DNA of 45,097 nucleotides from Phycisphaerales bacterium (GCA_027451365.1 DAIDJN010000025.1:1-45097); one strand, 5' to 3'. Shown: positions 1 through 9,246, counted from the stretch's first letter. Program-made: numbers and translations. Notes: generated from the letters alone by a model not told the origin.

Positions 1-63
1 ATGCCAAAATGCGCGACGATCTTCATTGGATAACCCATCCCGCTGTTTCACTGCTGACTCCTT

Positions 64-141
64 GAAACTCTTCAACAATCAAAGAATCAAAATTTACACC
101 GCTAGAAAATTCCCGCCAGATGGGGTTCGCGGGACGTTTAC
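64..141 (+). mobile_element. IS66-family right-end remnant (copy 1)
   Basis: 64-141 aligns ungapped to 3933-4010 (64/78 identical by hand count). The reverse complement of the end reads GTAAACGTCCCGCGAACCCCATCT, matching the GTAA-initiated terminal inverted repeats of IS66 elements. The second copy lies just downstream of an IS66 tnpC fragment. Confidence 0.65.
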
Positions 142-159
142 GAATATTGGCCGTTGAGA

Positions 160-188
160 TTGCGTTCTGTCAATATGTTTGTAATAAT
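160..188 (+). promoter_or_regulatory. Putative sigma70 promoter for the OLD gene (possibly leaderless transcript)
   Basis: TTGCGT (160-165), 17 nt, AATAAT (183-188) preceded by TGn. ATG at 195 with no Shine-Dalgarno. Confidence 0.35.
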
Positions 189-194
189 TACCGC

Positions 195-2267
195 ATGAAA
201 TTACTAACGGTAGAAGTGAGCAATTATAAATCGGTGCGCCGATCTAATCCCTTTAATATCGGGGATATTACCTGCCTTGTTGGAAAAAATGAGGCTGGGA
301 AAACGGCCTTGCTTGAGGCACTCTATAGGCTTAACCCAGTCGTCCCTCAAGATGCCAAGTTTGACGTAACTGATGACTATCCGCGATCCGATGTTACCGA
401 CTACGAACATGGGATTGAGACCAAGAAACTCCAACCAGCGACAGTGGTAAAAGCGGTTTTTGCTCTTGACGTGCAGACTGACCTAAGGGAAGTGTCGGAA
501 AAATTCGGTGATTCGGTAATTCCCGCCGATGGGGAAACATCGACACCAACACTGACACTTTCCAGAGGTTACGCGAATAAATTGTATTACGATATTACTA
601 TCGATGAATCCGCCGCAGTCAAGGCACTTGTAGTTAATGCCCAACTTCCACAACAGATTGGTGATGAGGCGGCAAGAAAAACTACACTGAAGGAACTTGC
701 GGATTACCTATCGCAACAAAGCGAGAGGCAGGTAAAGGAATATACCGAGGCTAATTCAAAAGCACAAACCATTGCTGATGCAACCCAGAAGGCGAAGGCG
801 GTGGATACGGCAAAGGCACTCGCGGAAACAGAAGGCACAAAACAATTGCGGGGGCTATTAACTGAAGTGTTAAAAGTTGGGATCAGAGAACATATTTGGG
901 ATCAATTTCTGAAGGTTAAGGTTCCGAAATTCCTGTACTTCGATGAGTACTATCAGATGGAAGGTGCTGTTAATCTTGAAAAGCTTAAAGAACGGCTGGC
1001 GAATCCCGGGCAGTTACTGCCACCTGATCGACCAATGTTGGGGCTAATCGATCTTGCCCGGCTTAATATTGACCAATTGATTTCACCGGACCGAACCCAA
1101 TCGCTCATCAATAAGCTAGAGGGTGCGTCCAATCACCTATCGAGACAGGTTCTAAAATATTGGTCACAGAATAAACACATTCAGCTTCAATTTGACGTTC
1201 GGACAGCGCTTCCAAATGATCCACCTGGGATGCAACAGGGTCACAACCTTTGGGGAAAGGTTTACGATTCGGCACATCAAGTTAGCACGGCATTGGGGGT
1301 GCGTTCGCGGGGCTTCGTTTGGTTCTTCTCCTTTCTGGCATGGTATTCGCAGCAACGCAAAACGCAGGAACGACTAATCCTGTTACTGGATGAACCTGGC
1401 TTATTTCTCCACGCAAGTGCACAGGACGACTTCCTTCGTTATATAGAAGCAGAGTTAAAGGATCATCAGGTTATCTATACTACGCACTCGCCATTTCTTG
1501 TCGACGCAAAACATTTTGATCGAGTACGCATCGTAGAAGACAAGAGTATGGAAACGGAAAAACAATTGTCGCCTGACGAACAAGGAACGAAGGTGTCTAC
1601 CGATATACTCCACGTTAGCAAAGGAACATTGTTCCCATTACAAGGAGCGCTTGGTTATGAAATTGCGCAAACGTTATTCATTGGGCCAAACAGCTTAATC
1701 GTGGAGGGTGTGTCGGATTTAATGTATTTACAGACGATGTCGTCTCTTTTAAGTGCAATGGGTCGAGAGAGTTTGCGAAAAGAGTGGGTGATAACCCCGG
1801 TTGGCGGAGCGGACAAAGTGCCTACGTTTGCGGCGCTCATTGGCATTCAAGCGGGTATGAATGTTGCGACCCTTATCGATTTCAAAACAAAGGATCGGCA
1901 GAGTATTGAAAATCTCTACAAGGAAAAACTGCTCAATAAAACACATGTATTAACCTTTCACAATTTCACTGGCACATCAGAAGCTGACATTGAGGATATG
2001 TTTGAGCCGGACTTTTATTTGGGTCTAGTGAATAACGAATACAATAAAGAAATTTCGATGCCGTTAAATGTTGGCCAACTTCCAGAGGTGGGTCATCGGA
2101 TCATCCCACGTATTGAGACGTTGTTAAAAAAATCAGACATTGCACTTAATCACTATAGACCGGCCAGATATTTTGCCGACAATCTTTCTAAGCTTGAGGT
2201 TGCGTTGTCAACAGTAACACTAGATAGATTTGAGCAAGCGTTTATTGCTTTGAATAAACTGCTATAA
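195..2267 (+). CDS. OLD-family ATP-dependent nuclease (ABC/AAA_15-21 ATPase + TOPRIM)
   Basis: Start MKLLTVEVSNYKS at ATG 195. Walker A GKNEAGKT, signature-like SRG, Walker B LLLLDEPG, H-loop YTTHSP, TOPRIM LIVEGVSD, later LID and EADIED acidic motifs. Visibly AT-richer than the core block. Confidence 0.88.
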   Translation: MKLLTVEVSNYKSVRRSNPFNIGDITCLVGKNEAGKTALLEALYRLNPVVPQDAKFDVTDDYPRSDVTDYEHGIETKKLQPATVVKAVFALDVQTDLREVSEKFGDSVIPADGETSTPTLTLSRGYANKLYYDITIDESAAVKALVVNAQLPQQIGDEAARKTTLKELADYLSQQSERQVKEYTEANSKAQTIADATQKAKAVDTAKALAETEGTKQLRGLLTEVLKVGIREHIWDQFLKVKVPKFLYFDEYYQMEGAVNLEKLKERLANPGQLLPPDRPMLGLIDLARLNIDQLISPDRTQSLINKLEGASNHLSRQVLKYWSQNKHIQLQFDVRTALPNDPPGMQQGHNLWGKVYDSAHQVSTALGVRSRGFVWFFSFLAWYSQQRKTQERLILLLDEPGLFLHASAQDDFLRYIEAELKDHQVIYTTHSPFLVDAKHFDRVRIVEDKSMETEKQLSPDEQGTKVSTDILHVSKGTLFPLQGALGYEIAQTLFIGPNSLIVEGVSDLMYLQTMSSLLSAMGRESLRKEWVITPVGGADKVPTFAALIGIQAGMNVATLIDFKTKDRQSIENLYKEKLLNKTHVLTFHNFTGTSEADIEDMFEPDFYLGLVNNEYNKEISMPLNVGQLPEVGHRIIPRIETLLKKSDIALNHYRPARYFADNLSKLEVALSTVTLDRFEQAFIALNKLL

Positions 2268-2477
2268 TTCCTGTTTATTTGTTGTTGGTTTCTCCTTCGG
2301 TTTAGGTCCCATCACCAAAACCGCGTCCGAATATACGCCGATCATTTACACCAATCCGGCTGCTAACTGGTACATCCGCCCCGGCCACCCAATAAAAGAT
2401 ATATGGACGTTGCGTGGCTATACACCACCGCGAGCAGATTCAATCCAGCCATGGCCCGACAAGCCAAAGAGGGTGTG

Positions 2478-2809
2478 GGTGAGGGGACCACCACCGAACG
2501 GCGTTATTACATCAGCAGCCTGCCGGGCTGTAATGCCAAACGTATGGCCGAATGCCTGCGGGGCGACGGGGGTCTGAAAATTGGCCTGCATTGGATACTG
2601 GACGTGGTATTTCGGGAGGACGAATGCCGCATCCGTAAGGGGTAAGGGGCGGAAAAATTCTGTCGGCTAAGCGGGTTCGACCTGAACCAGCACAACAAGG
2701 AAAGCAGCACGAAAGCAATGAGCTTCCATCGCAAACGCAAGCGTTCTGGCAGAAACATGGGGTATTTGCTCTAACCCCTGCTCTCTTGATTCTACATGCG
2801 ATTGCCATG
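2478..2809 (+). pseudogene. ISAs1-family transposase C-terminal fragment with right inverted repeat
   Basis: ERRYYISSL...LHWILDVVFREDECRIRKG, in-frame TAA at 2643-2645, catalytic HWGVEN decayed to DGGLKI. Ends in GATTCTACATGCGATTGCCATG (2788-2809), homologous to the inverted repeat at 40256-40277. Confidence 0.9.
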
Positions 2810-2965
2810 GCCAAGTGGGATAGCGGAAGCAATTGGCAGATTGAATCGGGCGGTCGGCTATGCCACCGAAGCGGGATTTTAATCATCTCTTGCAATTACA
2901 TCGAAGCTGCATTATTTTCGAGAAGTTAAATAAATGGGTTTCGCAATCCTTTTTTGGAGTCAAGC

Positions 2966-3433
2966 ATGTCGGAAAGCCCGACCGAAGTTTCCCTAAAACG
3001 AATGGCTGAAGAAATTTTCAGTTTTACAAAGGAATCGTGGCTTTCGCGCCTGGCTGCAAGGCATCAGGGCGAGGACCCGTTGTCCGAGACTCAGTTTCTG
3101 ACGCTGGATTTCCTGGCCACCTCCGACGTGCCGCAGACAGTGGGCGACATTCAACGCAATATTCATGTTGTGCCGGCGCAAATGTCACGGATTATCCGTT
3201 CGCTGGAAGGAGACTTTGACAGTCCGTTAATCCGCTGCGAACTAAATCAAACCGACAAACGCCGAATTGATGTGTTTATGACCGACGATGGACGGAAGGC
3301 CTATTCAGACTTTTTGAACGATCGATTGGAACGAACCTGTCGGTTGCTGGCCGGAATTTCCGAGCGCGATCGCGCGGAATTTGTCCGCATTTGTGCGGTC
3401 ATGCGGACGGCCACCAAAGTGGCCTCGACCTGA
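2966..3433 (+). CDS. MarR-family transcriptional regulator
   Basis: LSETQFLTL, HTH TVGDIQRNIHVVPAQMSRIIRSLE, wing motif TDKRRIDVFMTDDG. GGAG 6 nt upstream of ATG 2966. Confidence 0.9.
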   Translation: MSESPTEVSLKRMAEEIFSFTKESWLSRLAARHQGEDPLSETQFLTLDFLATSDVPQTVGDIQRNIHVVPAQMSRIIRSLEGDFDSPLIRCELNQTDKRRIDVFMTDDGRKAYSDFLNDRLERTCRLLAGISERDRAEFVRICAVMRTATKVAST

Positions 3434-3625
3434 AGCAATCCACAACTGAGTTGAACTTCGCATTTCCAGAACATCCAGAAACAGCGAGAGCAATTCACGG
3501 CTGCGAGTCTGTCGGTAGTAAGCGTGAATGCCAAGAAAAAGGAACTGGTGGGAACTTTAAAAATCCCGAAGTCGCCTGCCGCCGAAAGCCCGACACGGTT
3601 CATACCTATGACTTCGTCCACGTGT

Positions 3626-4010
3626 CTGTGCGTGGGCTCACCCCGCGGCGGCCAGAACGCCGCCGTCCTGGCCAACAATACCAGCACCTTCCGACGCCAC
3701 CAGTTACGCCCCCCAGTCGTGCTTGATCCAACTGTTGGCCAACCTACCGACTACTTCAAAGGACCAGCTTGCCAGTTGGCTGCCGGACGCCTGGAAACTA
3801 AGACAATTGGGGCAGCTGGCGGAAAACAAAAGTATCCTGCCGACGCGGCAGGAATAACAGCCTGTTTTTCATACATGCCTACGATCCAAATTCAGAAAAA
3901 AACAGAATAGACGCAATTTGTAATGCGGAATCGAAACCGTTGAACAAACAAATAATCCGAATTTACGCCGCCGGAAAATTCCCGCCAGATGGGGCTTGAG
4001 GGACCTTTAC
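3626..4010 (+). mobile_element. IS66-family remnant: frameshifted tnpC C-terminus plus right end (copy 2)
   Basis: LCVGSPRGGQNAAVLANNTSTFRRHQL, then a +1 shift in the C6 run (3709-3714) into LIQLLANLPTTSKDQLASWLPDAWK, stop 3855-3857. This matches the IS66 TnpC C-terminal pattern (LF.G..RGG..AAIL.SL..TCRRH..DPQ.YL..LL.NLP......WLPD.W). The terminus reverse-complements to GTAAAGGTCCC. Confidence 0.8.
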
Positions 4011-4026
4011 GATAAAAAGAGCCGAA

Positions 4027-4629
4027 TCAGGCTTTACCACCCGTTAATTTGCCACCCAGCGAGCCGACACTGGTGGACGGGTTGTTTTCGAGAATTTTCT
4101 CCCATTCGTCGGGCGAAAAGTGGCGGGCGGATTCCAGTGCGGATGGCAATTTTTTGAATTCCGTTCCTCCGCAGATTTTCTCTTGTACCCAAGCGTTATT
4201 GCAAACATCCGGCTCGCAATTGCATTGTTTCCGCAACATTTGCTTACACTTTTCGGTCGTGATGCGATCTGTCGGCCACGCACCGAGGTGTGCAAGTACC
4301 CAGGCATCAAAGCAGGGATTTGAAAGAGCCACATGAAATTTTTTCTGGCGGCATCGCTCTAGGGTCGTGGTCAACAAGGTGCGTTCGGCGTCTCCCTCGG
4401 CATCAAATACGCACCAGATTTCATCGTAGGAACGGTCCTTGGACAATTTTTCGACAGTTTCCAACACTTTTACATGCTTGCCACCGTGGGTTAATTCCAC
4501 ACTAACCGACAACCGCTCGCGTGCAAATTTTAAGCTTTTGAGGGCATTGAAATAGCTTAGCTCAAAATTACCTTCACAGACAATAAGAATCGGGCTGCGT
4601 GTTTGGATAACCCGTTTTCTGGGCCGCAA
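4027..4629 (-). CDS. rloB: RloB-family protein (TOPRIM-like)
   Basis: ILIVCEG, YF, DEIWCVFD, ALSNPCFDAWVLAH and C-terminal NPST motifs typical of RloB. TTG start 2 nt after the ATPase stop. Confidence 0.85.
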   Translation of the reverse strand: MRPRKRVIQTRSPILIVCEGNFELSYFNALKSLKFARERLSVSVELTHGGKHVKVLETVEKLSKDRSYDEIWCVFDAEGDAERTLLTTTLERCRQKKFHVALSNPCFDAWVLAHLGAWPTDRITTEKCKQMLRKQCNCEPDVCNNAWVQEKICGGTEFKKLPSALESARHFSPDEWEKILENNPSTSVGSLGGKLTGGKA

Positions 4630-4631
4630 AC

Positions 4632-5999
4632 TTATCCATCGCGCCCGCCCAAAGCCGGACTGGTCGCCGGCAGCGGCCGCCCCGACAGCGTTGGCCCAAA
4701 GCTCCCAATACCTCCATAGCGGCCCACAAGGTAGTTCTTCTCGAACGCTTCAGAGCTTCGGGTATATTTATCGCGATGGAAATTGCCAAGGCTGAAAAGA
4801 TCAGTCTGGCCTGATGGCGATTTCTCCATAAGCCAAATCTGGTCTTTGCGAAATAATTCGCGGGACATCAGTTGGCTGTGATGCGTGGTAAAAATAAATT
4901 GGGCGCCATTTTTATTATTATTATTATTGGGGTTTTGAAACAAAGCAACTAATTTTTCCGCCAACAACGGGTGTATATTAGAACCAAATTCATCTATCAC
5001 AACCGTTGCGCCATCGCGCACGGCCTGAAAGATATACCAAAACAATTGAGCGAATAACTGCGTACCAAGAGATTCGTCCGAAAAGCCAAATTCAATGCTC
5101 TTTCCGTCCGTCCGGAGGTGCTCGGAAAGCAATTGGACCGGCCGACGTAACCGTGCAAATTGCAGGGCAACTTCGCCAGCGCGATCACCATGATGCGGAG
5201 CAAGTGTTTGACGCAGTTGTTCAATTTCCTGTATCGTCGGATCCGCAGGAGTCTGAACGCGAAATCCATTTATTCCAATGTCTGCATCGCGAATCGTCTC
5301 GATCAGTTGATCGCGAAATAAGCGATCCTCTTGCACGCTCTTCGCCAGATAATTTGGCGGCGCGCCGCCAATCTGGAAAGACGCTATTCGCAAATTTTGT
5401 GACAGGAAGGTGAGAATGTCCCGCAGAAGCGGGACATTGAGATTCGCTCCGGAAGATAAGATTAATGCATTATCGCGCGTTAGCTTGGGGACGTTCTCTT
5501 TGGCCACCCGATCAAATTCGTTTCCAAACTCCACATTGGCGGCATCCGCAACCTTTTGCTCGTGCCGCTGGAACAATACCCGCGGGTCACCAGACTTCAA
5601 TTCCTCCTCCAGTTTTTCAGCCACAATTCGCTCTGAAACCGCGGAAAAGCCGTAGCGAAAGACCCGTCCTCGCATGACAAAAGCAAGCTCGAACCGGCAC
5701 GGCCTTGTCTCCCACGCGGGATCAAGCCGATAAATTTCTATTCCTGGAATTAGACCGCCAGGATTCAAACTAATTGCTGAGAACTGAATGATATTCAGGA
5801 AAACCTGGAACGCCCGCACTAGATTGCTTTTCCCAGATGCGTTATGCCCAAAAATGGCCGCCGTGCGTACTACAGATGGAAATCCGGCCACCGGTGCAAA
5901 AAAGTTCTCCGGCTTGTTCTGTTCCTTACCCTTGATCAGGCTAAGGGTTTGGGCTTCCCCAAAAGAGCGAAAATTCTCAACGGTAAACTCGTATATCAT
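4632..5999 (-). CDS. rloA: RloA-like AAA_21 (ABC-type) ATPase
   Basis: MIYEFTVENFRSF, Walker A GHNASGKS, ESLGT signature, Walker B VVIDEFGSNIHP, AQFIFTTH, FRKDQIW, YLVGRYGG. Directly upstream of rloB. Confidence 0.88.
   Translation of the reverse strand: MIYEFTVENFRSFGEAQTLSLIKGKEQNKPENFFAPVAGFPSVVRTAAIFGHNASGKSNLVRAFQVFLNIIQFSAISLNPGGLIPGIEIYRLDPAWETRPCRFELAFVMRGRVFRYGFSAVSERIVAEKLEEELKSGDPRVLFQRHEQKVADAANVEFGNEFDRVAKENVPKLTRDNALILSSGANLNVPLLRDILTFLSQNLRIASFQIGGAPPNYLAKSVQEDRLFRDQLIETIRDADIGINGFRVQTPADPTIQEIEQLRQTLAPHHGDRAGEVALQFARLRRPVQLLSEHLRTDGKSIEFGFSDESLGTQLFAQLFWYIFQAVRDGATVVIDEFGSNIHPLLAEKLVALFQNPNNNNNKNGAQFIFTTHHSQLMSRELFRKDQIWLMEKSPSGQTDLFSLGNFHRDKYTRSSEAFEKNYLVGRYGGIGSFGPTLSGRPLPATSPALGGRDG
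4912..4928. repeat. (TTA)5 trinucleotide repeat encoding poly-Asn in the ATPase
   Basis: ttattattattattatt gives PNNNNNKNG on the minus strand. Confidence 0.8.
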
Positions 6000-6065
6000 A
6001 AATTATCCGGCCAACTGGACCGACTATAACCGCTGGCCTTTCCATGGCCGAAAGCCCTCTGGGTC

Positions 6066-6093
6066 ATCTTATCCATATCGAATCAAATTGCAA
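6066..6093 (-). promoter_or_regulatory. Putative sigma70 promoter for rloAB
   Basis: Minus strand TTGCAA (6093-6088), 16 nt, TAAGAT (6071-6066) in an AT-rich intergenic stretch. Overlaps the TTGCA-N7-TGCAA inverted repeat at 6088-6104. Confidence 0.3.
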
Positions 6094-6231
6094 ATTTTAT
6101 GCAACTTAAATCGAAAAGTACTAAGTTATAGCCTAAAATCTAGACGATAATACATATTATTCGTCTTTGTAAAAAAAACGCGGTCTTTTTCAGACTGCCC
6201 CAAACCGTCGTCTTATTTGGCAATATGTCGC

Positions 6232-7587
6232 CTACTGCGGATACAGGCGCAGGTTCCGGAATTCAAATGGAACGCGCACCACGGTACGGCTTGAGGGGGC
6301 CAGCCAAGACAGCCGAACGGGCGGGCCGAAATGGATAACCGGCTTCGGCGCAGCCTTGGTCTGCGGCGCGGCGAAAGGCACACCAGATATGCTCGTAAAT
6401 CCTCCGGGCGCCCCAAAAGAGTTGTCCGTCGGAGGCTTGGTTGTATAGACCATTTTTCCCAGACCGGTGGTATGGCAACCGCAGTCACTTTCATAGTCTG
6501 AAAAATAGGCGTGATTCTGAGCATCATACACAATCGGCACCTTGCCGCTGAAAATCACCTGTTCGTCATGATCAGTTATTTTTTTCTGGGCGGCGGTCAT
6601 CGCCTGCCGATTAAACCCAATGGGTGTAACGGCAAAGTGCAAGGTGTAGCGCTTTTTGGCCGCTTCCCAAAGCAGCGGAAAAAATTCCACATTGCACCCA
6701 AGTATCTCGACGGTGTGCGGCGTTTGCAGCGTGCCGGCCGAAAAGGCTATATGCCGGTGGCTATGCAGAAATTCCATTGCCACAGAACCCTTTATCAGTT
6801 TAATCATATTAGAATCGCCCGACGGAGAGGCGATTTGGATTTGCAGGCTTTGCCGCCAAGTGCCAGCCGATGAAGACGATACATAGGAAAACATGCCGCC
6901 AGCCAGCCCTTTGGGCAGAAGCAACGATCGCCCATGATTGTCCAAGGCCCGCGCAATGCGCAGATGCCCCACCGAATAATGCTTGATGGCCGGAGGTATA
7001 AACATGCAGGCACTCAATTGAAGGCAGCCCTGCCGCACCACTTTCGCCGCATTAAAATTTATATTTCCCTGAAACGATGCCCCCGTCGGCTGGAAAAGAA
7101 TGGGCCCGGCACGCGACGCAAAATTGCCGATGATCATCGGGTTCTGCGCAACAGCGGCGACGTTGAGTTCGACCACACCTTTACCGCCAATCCATTGCCG
7201 ATCCAGCACCAGGCCTGACCGCCTGAGAAACAGTCGCATCGCCGACCAGAAATCGGCACGCGTCACATCGAAATTCATCGGCTGGTTCATAGCCGCCGCT
7301 TCAGCTTTCACCACCTGAAACTTTACGCCCCCCTTTTGGCACAACAATTGAAAAACTTTTTCCGCAGGCGTATTTTTCAGATGCAATGTGACGCGGTCTT
7401 GGCTCATTTCAGCCAGAATTCGCTTGGCCGCGGGTGTCCGATGCCCCTGAAGAACAACCGACAACCTTACCGGTTGGGATACAGGGTCTTGCCCGGCGAT
7501 TGCTGGCGAAAATCCACATACCGCCACGGCAAATCCCGATGCGAACGCCAGCGTCCGACCGATCGTTCGATTGATCTTGAGTTTCAT
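6232..7587 (-). CDS. Secreted hypothetical protein (paralog of 7621-9246)
   Basis: 451-aa ORF, SD GGGGAAAGGA, signal peptide ending AIA. STN-like segment VTLHLKNTPAEKVFQLLCQKGG, FWSAM, ALDNHGRSLL, C-terminal VPFEFRNLRL. Confidence 0.8.
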   Translation of the reverse strand: MKLKINRTIGRTLAFASGFAVAVCGFSPAIAGQDPVSQPVRLSVVLQGHRTPAAKRILAEMSQDRVTLHLKNTPAEKVFQLLCQKGGVKFQVVKAEAAAMNQPMNFDVTRADFWSAMRLFLRRSGLVLDRQWIGGKGVVELNVAAVAQNPMIIGNFASRAGPILFQPTGASFQGNINFNAAKVVRQGCLQLSACMFIPPAIKHYSVGHLRIARALDNHGRSLLLPKGLAGGMFSYVSSSSAGTWRQSLQIQIASPSGDSNMIKLIKGSVAMEFLHSHRHIAFSAGTLQTPHTVEILGCNVEFFPLLWEAAKKRYTLHFAVTPIGFNRQAMTAAQKKITDHDEQVIFSGKVPIVYDAQNHAYFSDYESDCGCHTTGLGKMVYTTKPPTDNSFGAPGGFTSISGVPFAAPQTKAAPKPVIHFGPPVRLSWLAPSSRTVVRVPFEFRNLRLYPQ

Positions 7588-7620
7588 GTGGTTCCTTTCC
7601 CCGGCGGTGGCCGGGCAAAA

Positions 7621-9246
7621 TTAGTGCAACGGCGGCAGTGGCACATTGTGAAACACGAATGGAACGGTAACCCGCGTTTGAAATGCCGGCAGCGTCCACA
7701 CCAGGCTTGCAGGCACAGGCAGCGGTTTGCCGGATTTAATTCGCTTCTTAAGCGCCGCAGTGGCAGCGACCGGAAGCGAACCACCTGACGGCATCGAAGG
7801 CGATTCGGCTGCAAGCAATTTTGCCTGCGCAGGCGAGGCCACGCGAATGACACAGGTTAAGGATGTTGGCGGCTGCCCATAATAGTCGGTGGAACTGTAG
7901 TCGGTGTAGCCGCCACCGTTGTTTATCTGTGCGACATAGCGCACATTTTTTGCACCGGAAAATACCAATCCTGCAGACTTCTGAAGCGCGTTTAATACCG
8001 CAAGTTGAGCAACGCTGAGAGTATGCGGCTTTGAACCAAGAAATTGCCGCGTCTGAAGCAGCATGGCAATCGTATAGGCGTTCATGGCGGCGTGATATAT
8101 GGGGCGTCCGAATTCAATATCAAAACCGGCAAAAACCGCGGAGCGGCCGGAACGGTCGGCCAGATTTTTAATGCGCAGTTTCTGATTCCCCACGCCCAGA
8201 TTCCAGAAAAGTTTTCCCCGCGCCAGTTTCACTCTCTGACCGATCTTTTTGGGAGCATTAAGAAACAAATTCATTGAATAGGACATCTGATGATCGTTGG
8301 AATAGGCGATGGTTGTGTTCATTTGGGCCAACTGTGCCGCAAGATTTGCCGCCATATTGGGCGGCAGATTGGCTGGCATTCCAAACGGCGCGTTGAGCAG
8401 ATTCATCCCATTGTTATCAATCACCTGTGACATCGACACTTTTAACTGACCGGGTGGCCGTGGCGCACGCGGTTCATCAAAAATTCGGAGGTTAAAATCA
8501 ATGTTATTAGAAGAAAACCCATTAGCCGGCTGTTTGGTCAATGCAAAATTCCGGCTGAAGGATAGCCCCTCCACCGCGAACAAATACCGCCCGGAAATGA
8601 AATAAGGCTCGGCTGGCCAAAGCAGTCCATCGGAGGGGCTGATCTCGATGGCACCGCCCTGCTTACGCCCGGCATAGCCGAGTGTCCAGCCAGATTGATG
8701 CAGAATGGCTTCCATGGCCTGCCAGAAGGGTACCCTCGTCAGGTGAAGGGTAACGGTGGGCGCTTTGGCGGGATTGGATTTAAGCCAATGATGCGGCAGG
8801 CCGGCCTGATTGCACAGGTCATTGACCGCACTACGCAAAGTGGCATGTGTCAGACTCAGGGATACCAGAGTGGGCAGCGTCGCCTCGGCAATTGACATGC
8901 GTTCCAACAGTGCGTTGATCCGGTGACGCAATACACGCGAATGGCTGGTGCGGGCCATTCGTTGCAACACTGGAATCCATGAAGAATCCAATGTTTTAAG
9001 TCTGTTTTCCGCTGCCGTCTTTTCCGCCGCATTGCTGGAAGCGGCCTGCTGAATCCAGAGCCTGCATTGGGCAATTTGCGCAGCTGACTTTTTGGCTGCG
9101 GGCAGCGCAGTGGCCCGCGCCACGGCCACACTGCCAAGCGCCAGAAATACTCCGGCAATCACCAGCATTGCCGCCATACGGACCCGGCAAGTCGCGATCC
9201 GGAAAGAGCGACGGATCTTTATAGGTTTCATTTTCGATACGTGCAT
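7621..9246 (-). CDS. Secreted hypothetical protein (paralog of 6232-7587)
   Basis: SD GGGGAG 7 nt before ATG 9246, hydrophobic signal, HEAT-like helical N-region. VSLSLTHATLRSAVNDLCNQAG, FWQAM, VIDNNGMNLL, C-terminal VPFVFHNVPLP. Confidence 0.8.
   Translation of the reverse strand: MHVSKMKPIKIRRSFRIATCRVRMAAMLVIAGVFLALGSVAVARATALPAAKKSAAQIAQCRLWIQQAASSNAAEKTAAENRLKTLDSSWIPVLQRMARTSHSRVLRHRINALLERMSIAEATLPTLVSLSLTHATLRSAVNDLCNQAGLPHHWLKSNPAKAPTVTLHLTRVPFWQAMEAILHQSGWTLGYAGRKQGGAIEISPSDGLLWPAEPYFISGRYLFAVEGLSFSRNFALTKQPANGFSSNNIDFNLRIFDEPRAPRPPGQLKVSMSQVIDNNGMNLLNAPFGMPANLPPNMAANLAAQLAQMNTTIAYSNDHQMSYSMNLFLNAPKKIGQRVKLARGKLFWNLGVGNQKLRIKNLADRSGRSAVFAGFDIEFGRPIYHAAMNAYTIAMLLQTRQFLGSKPHTLSVAQLAVLNALQKSAGLVFSGAKNVRYVAQINNGGGYTDYSSTDYYGQPPTSLTCVIRVASPAQAKLLAAESPSMPSGGSLPVAATAALKKRIKSGKPLPVPASLVWTLPAFQTRVTVPFVFHNVPLPPLH

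Noticed and set aside
2448..2812. GCCATGGCC at both sides of the ISAs1 fragment as a target-site duplication
   Set aside because: The second copy overlaps the inverted repeat itself, and there is no left inverted repeat.
195..2960. Gabija or retron assignment for the OLD gene
   Set aside because: No UvrD helicase or reverse transcriptase follows it. The downstream sequence is IS debris.
3391..3910. ORF-track ORFs 3391-3726 and 3524-3910 as genes
   Set aside because: They are read-through frames over the IS66 tnpC remnant.
64..4010. CRISPR or integron attC array from the 78-nt repeat
   Set aside because: Only two copies 3.9 kb apart, no cas or integrase gene, and better explained as IS66 ends.
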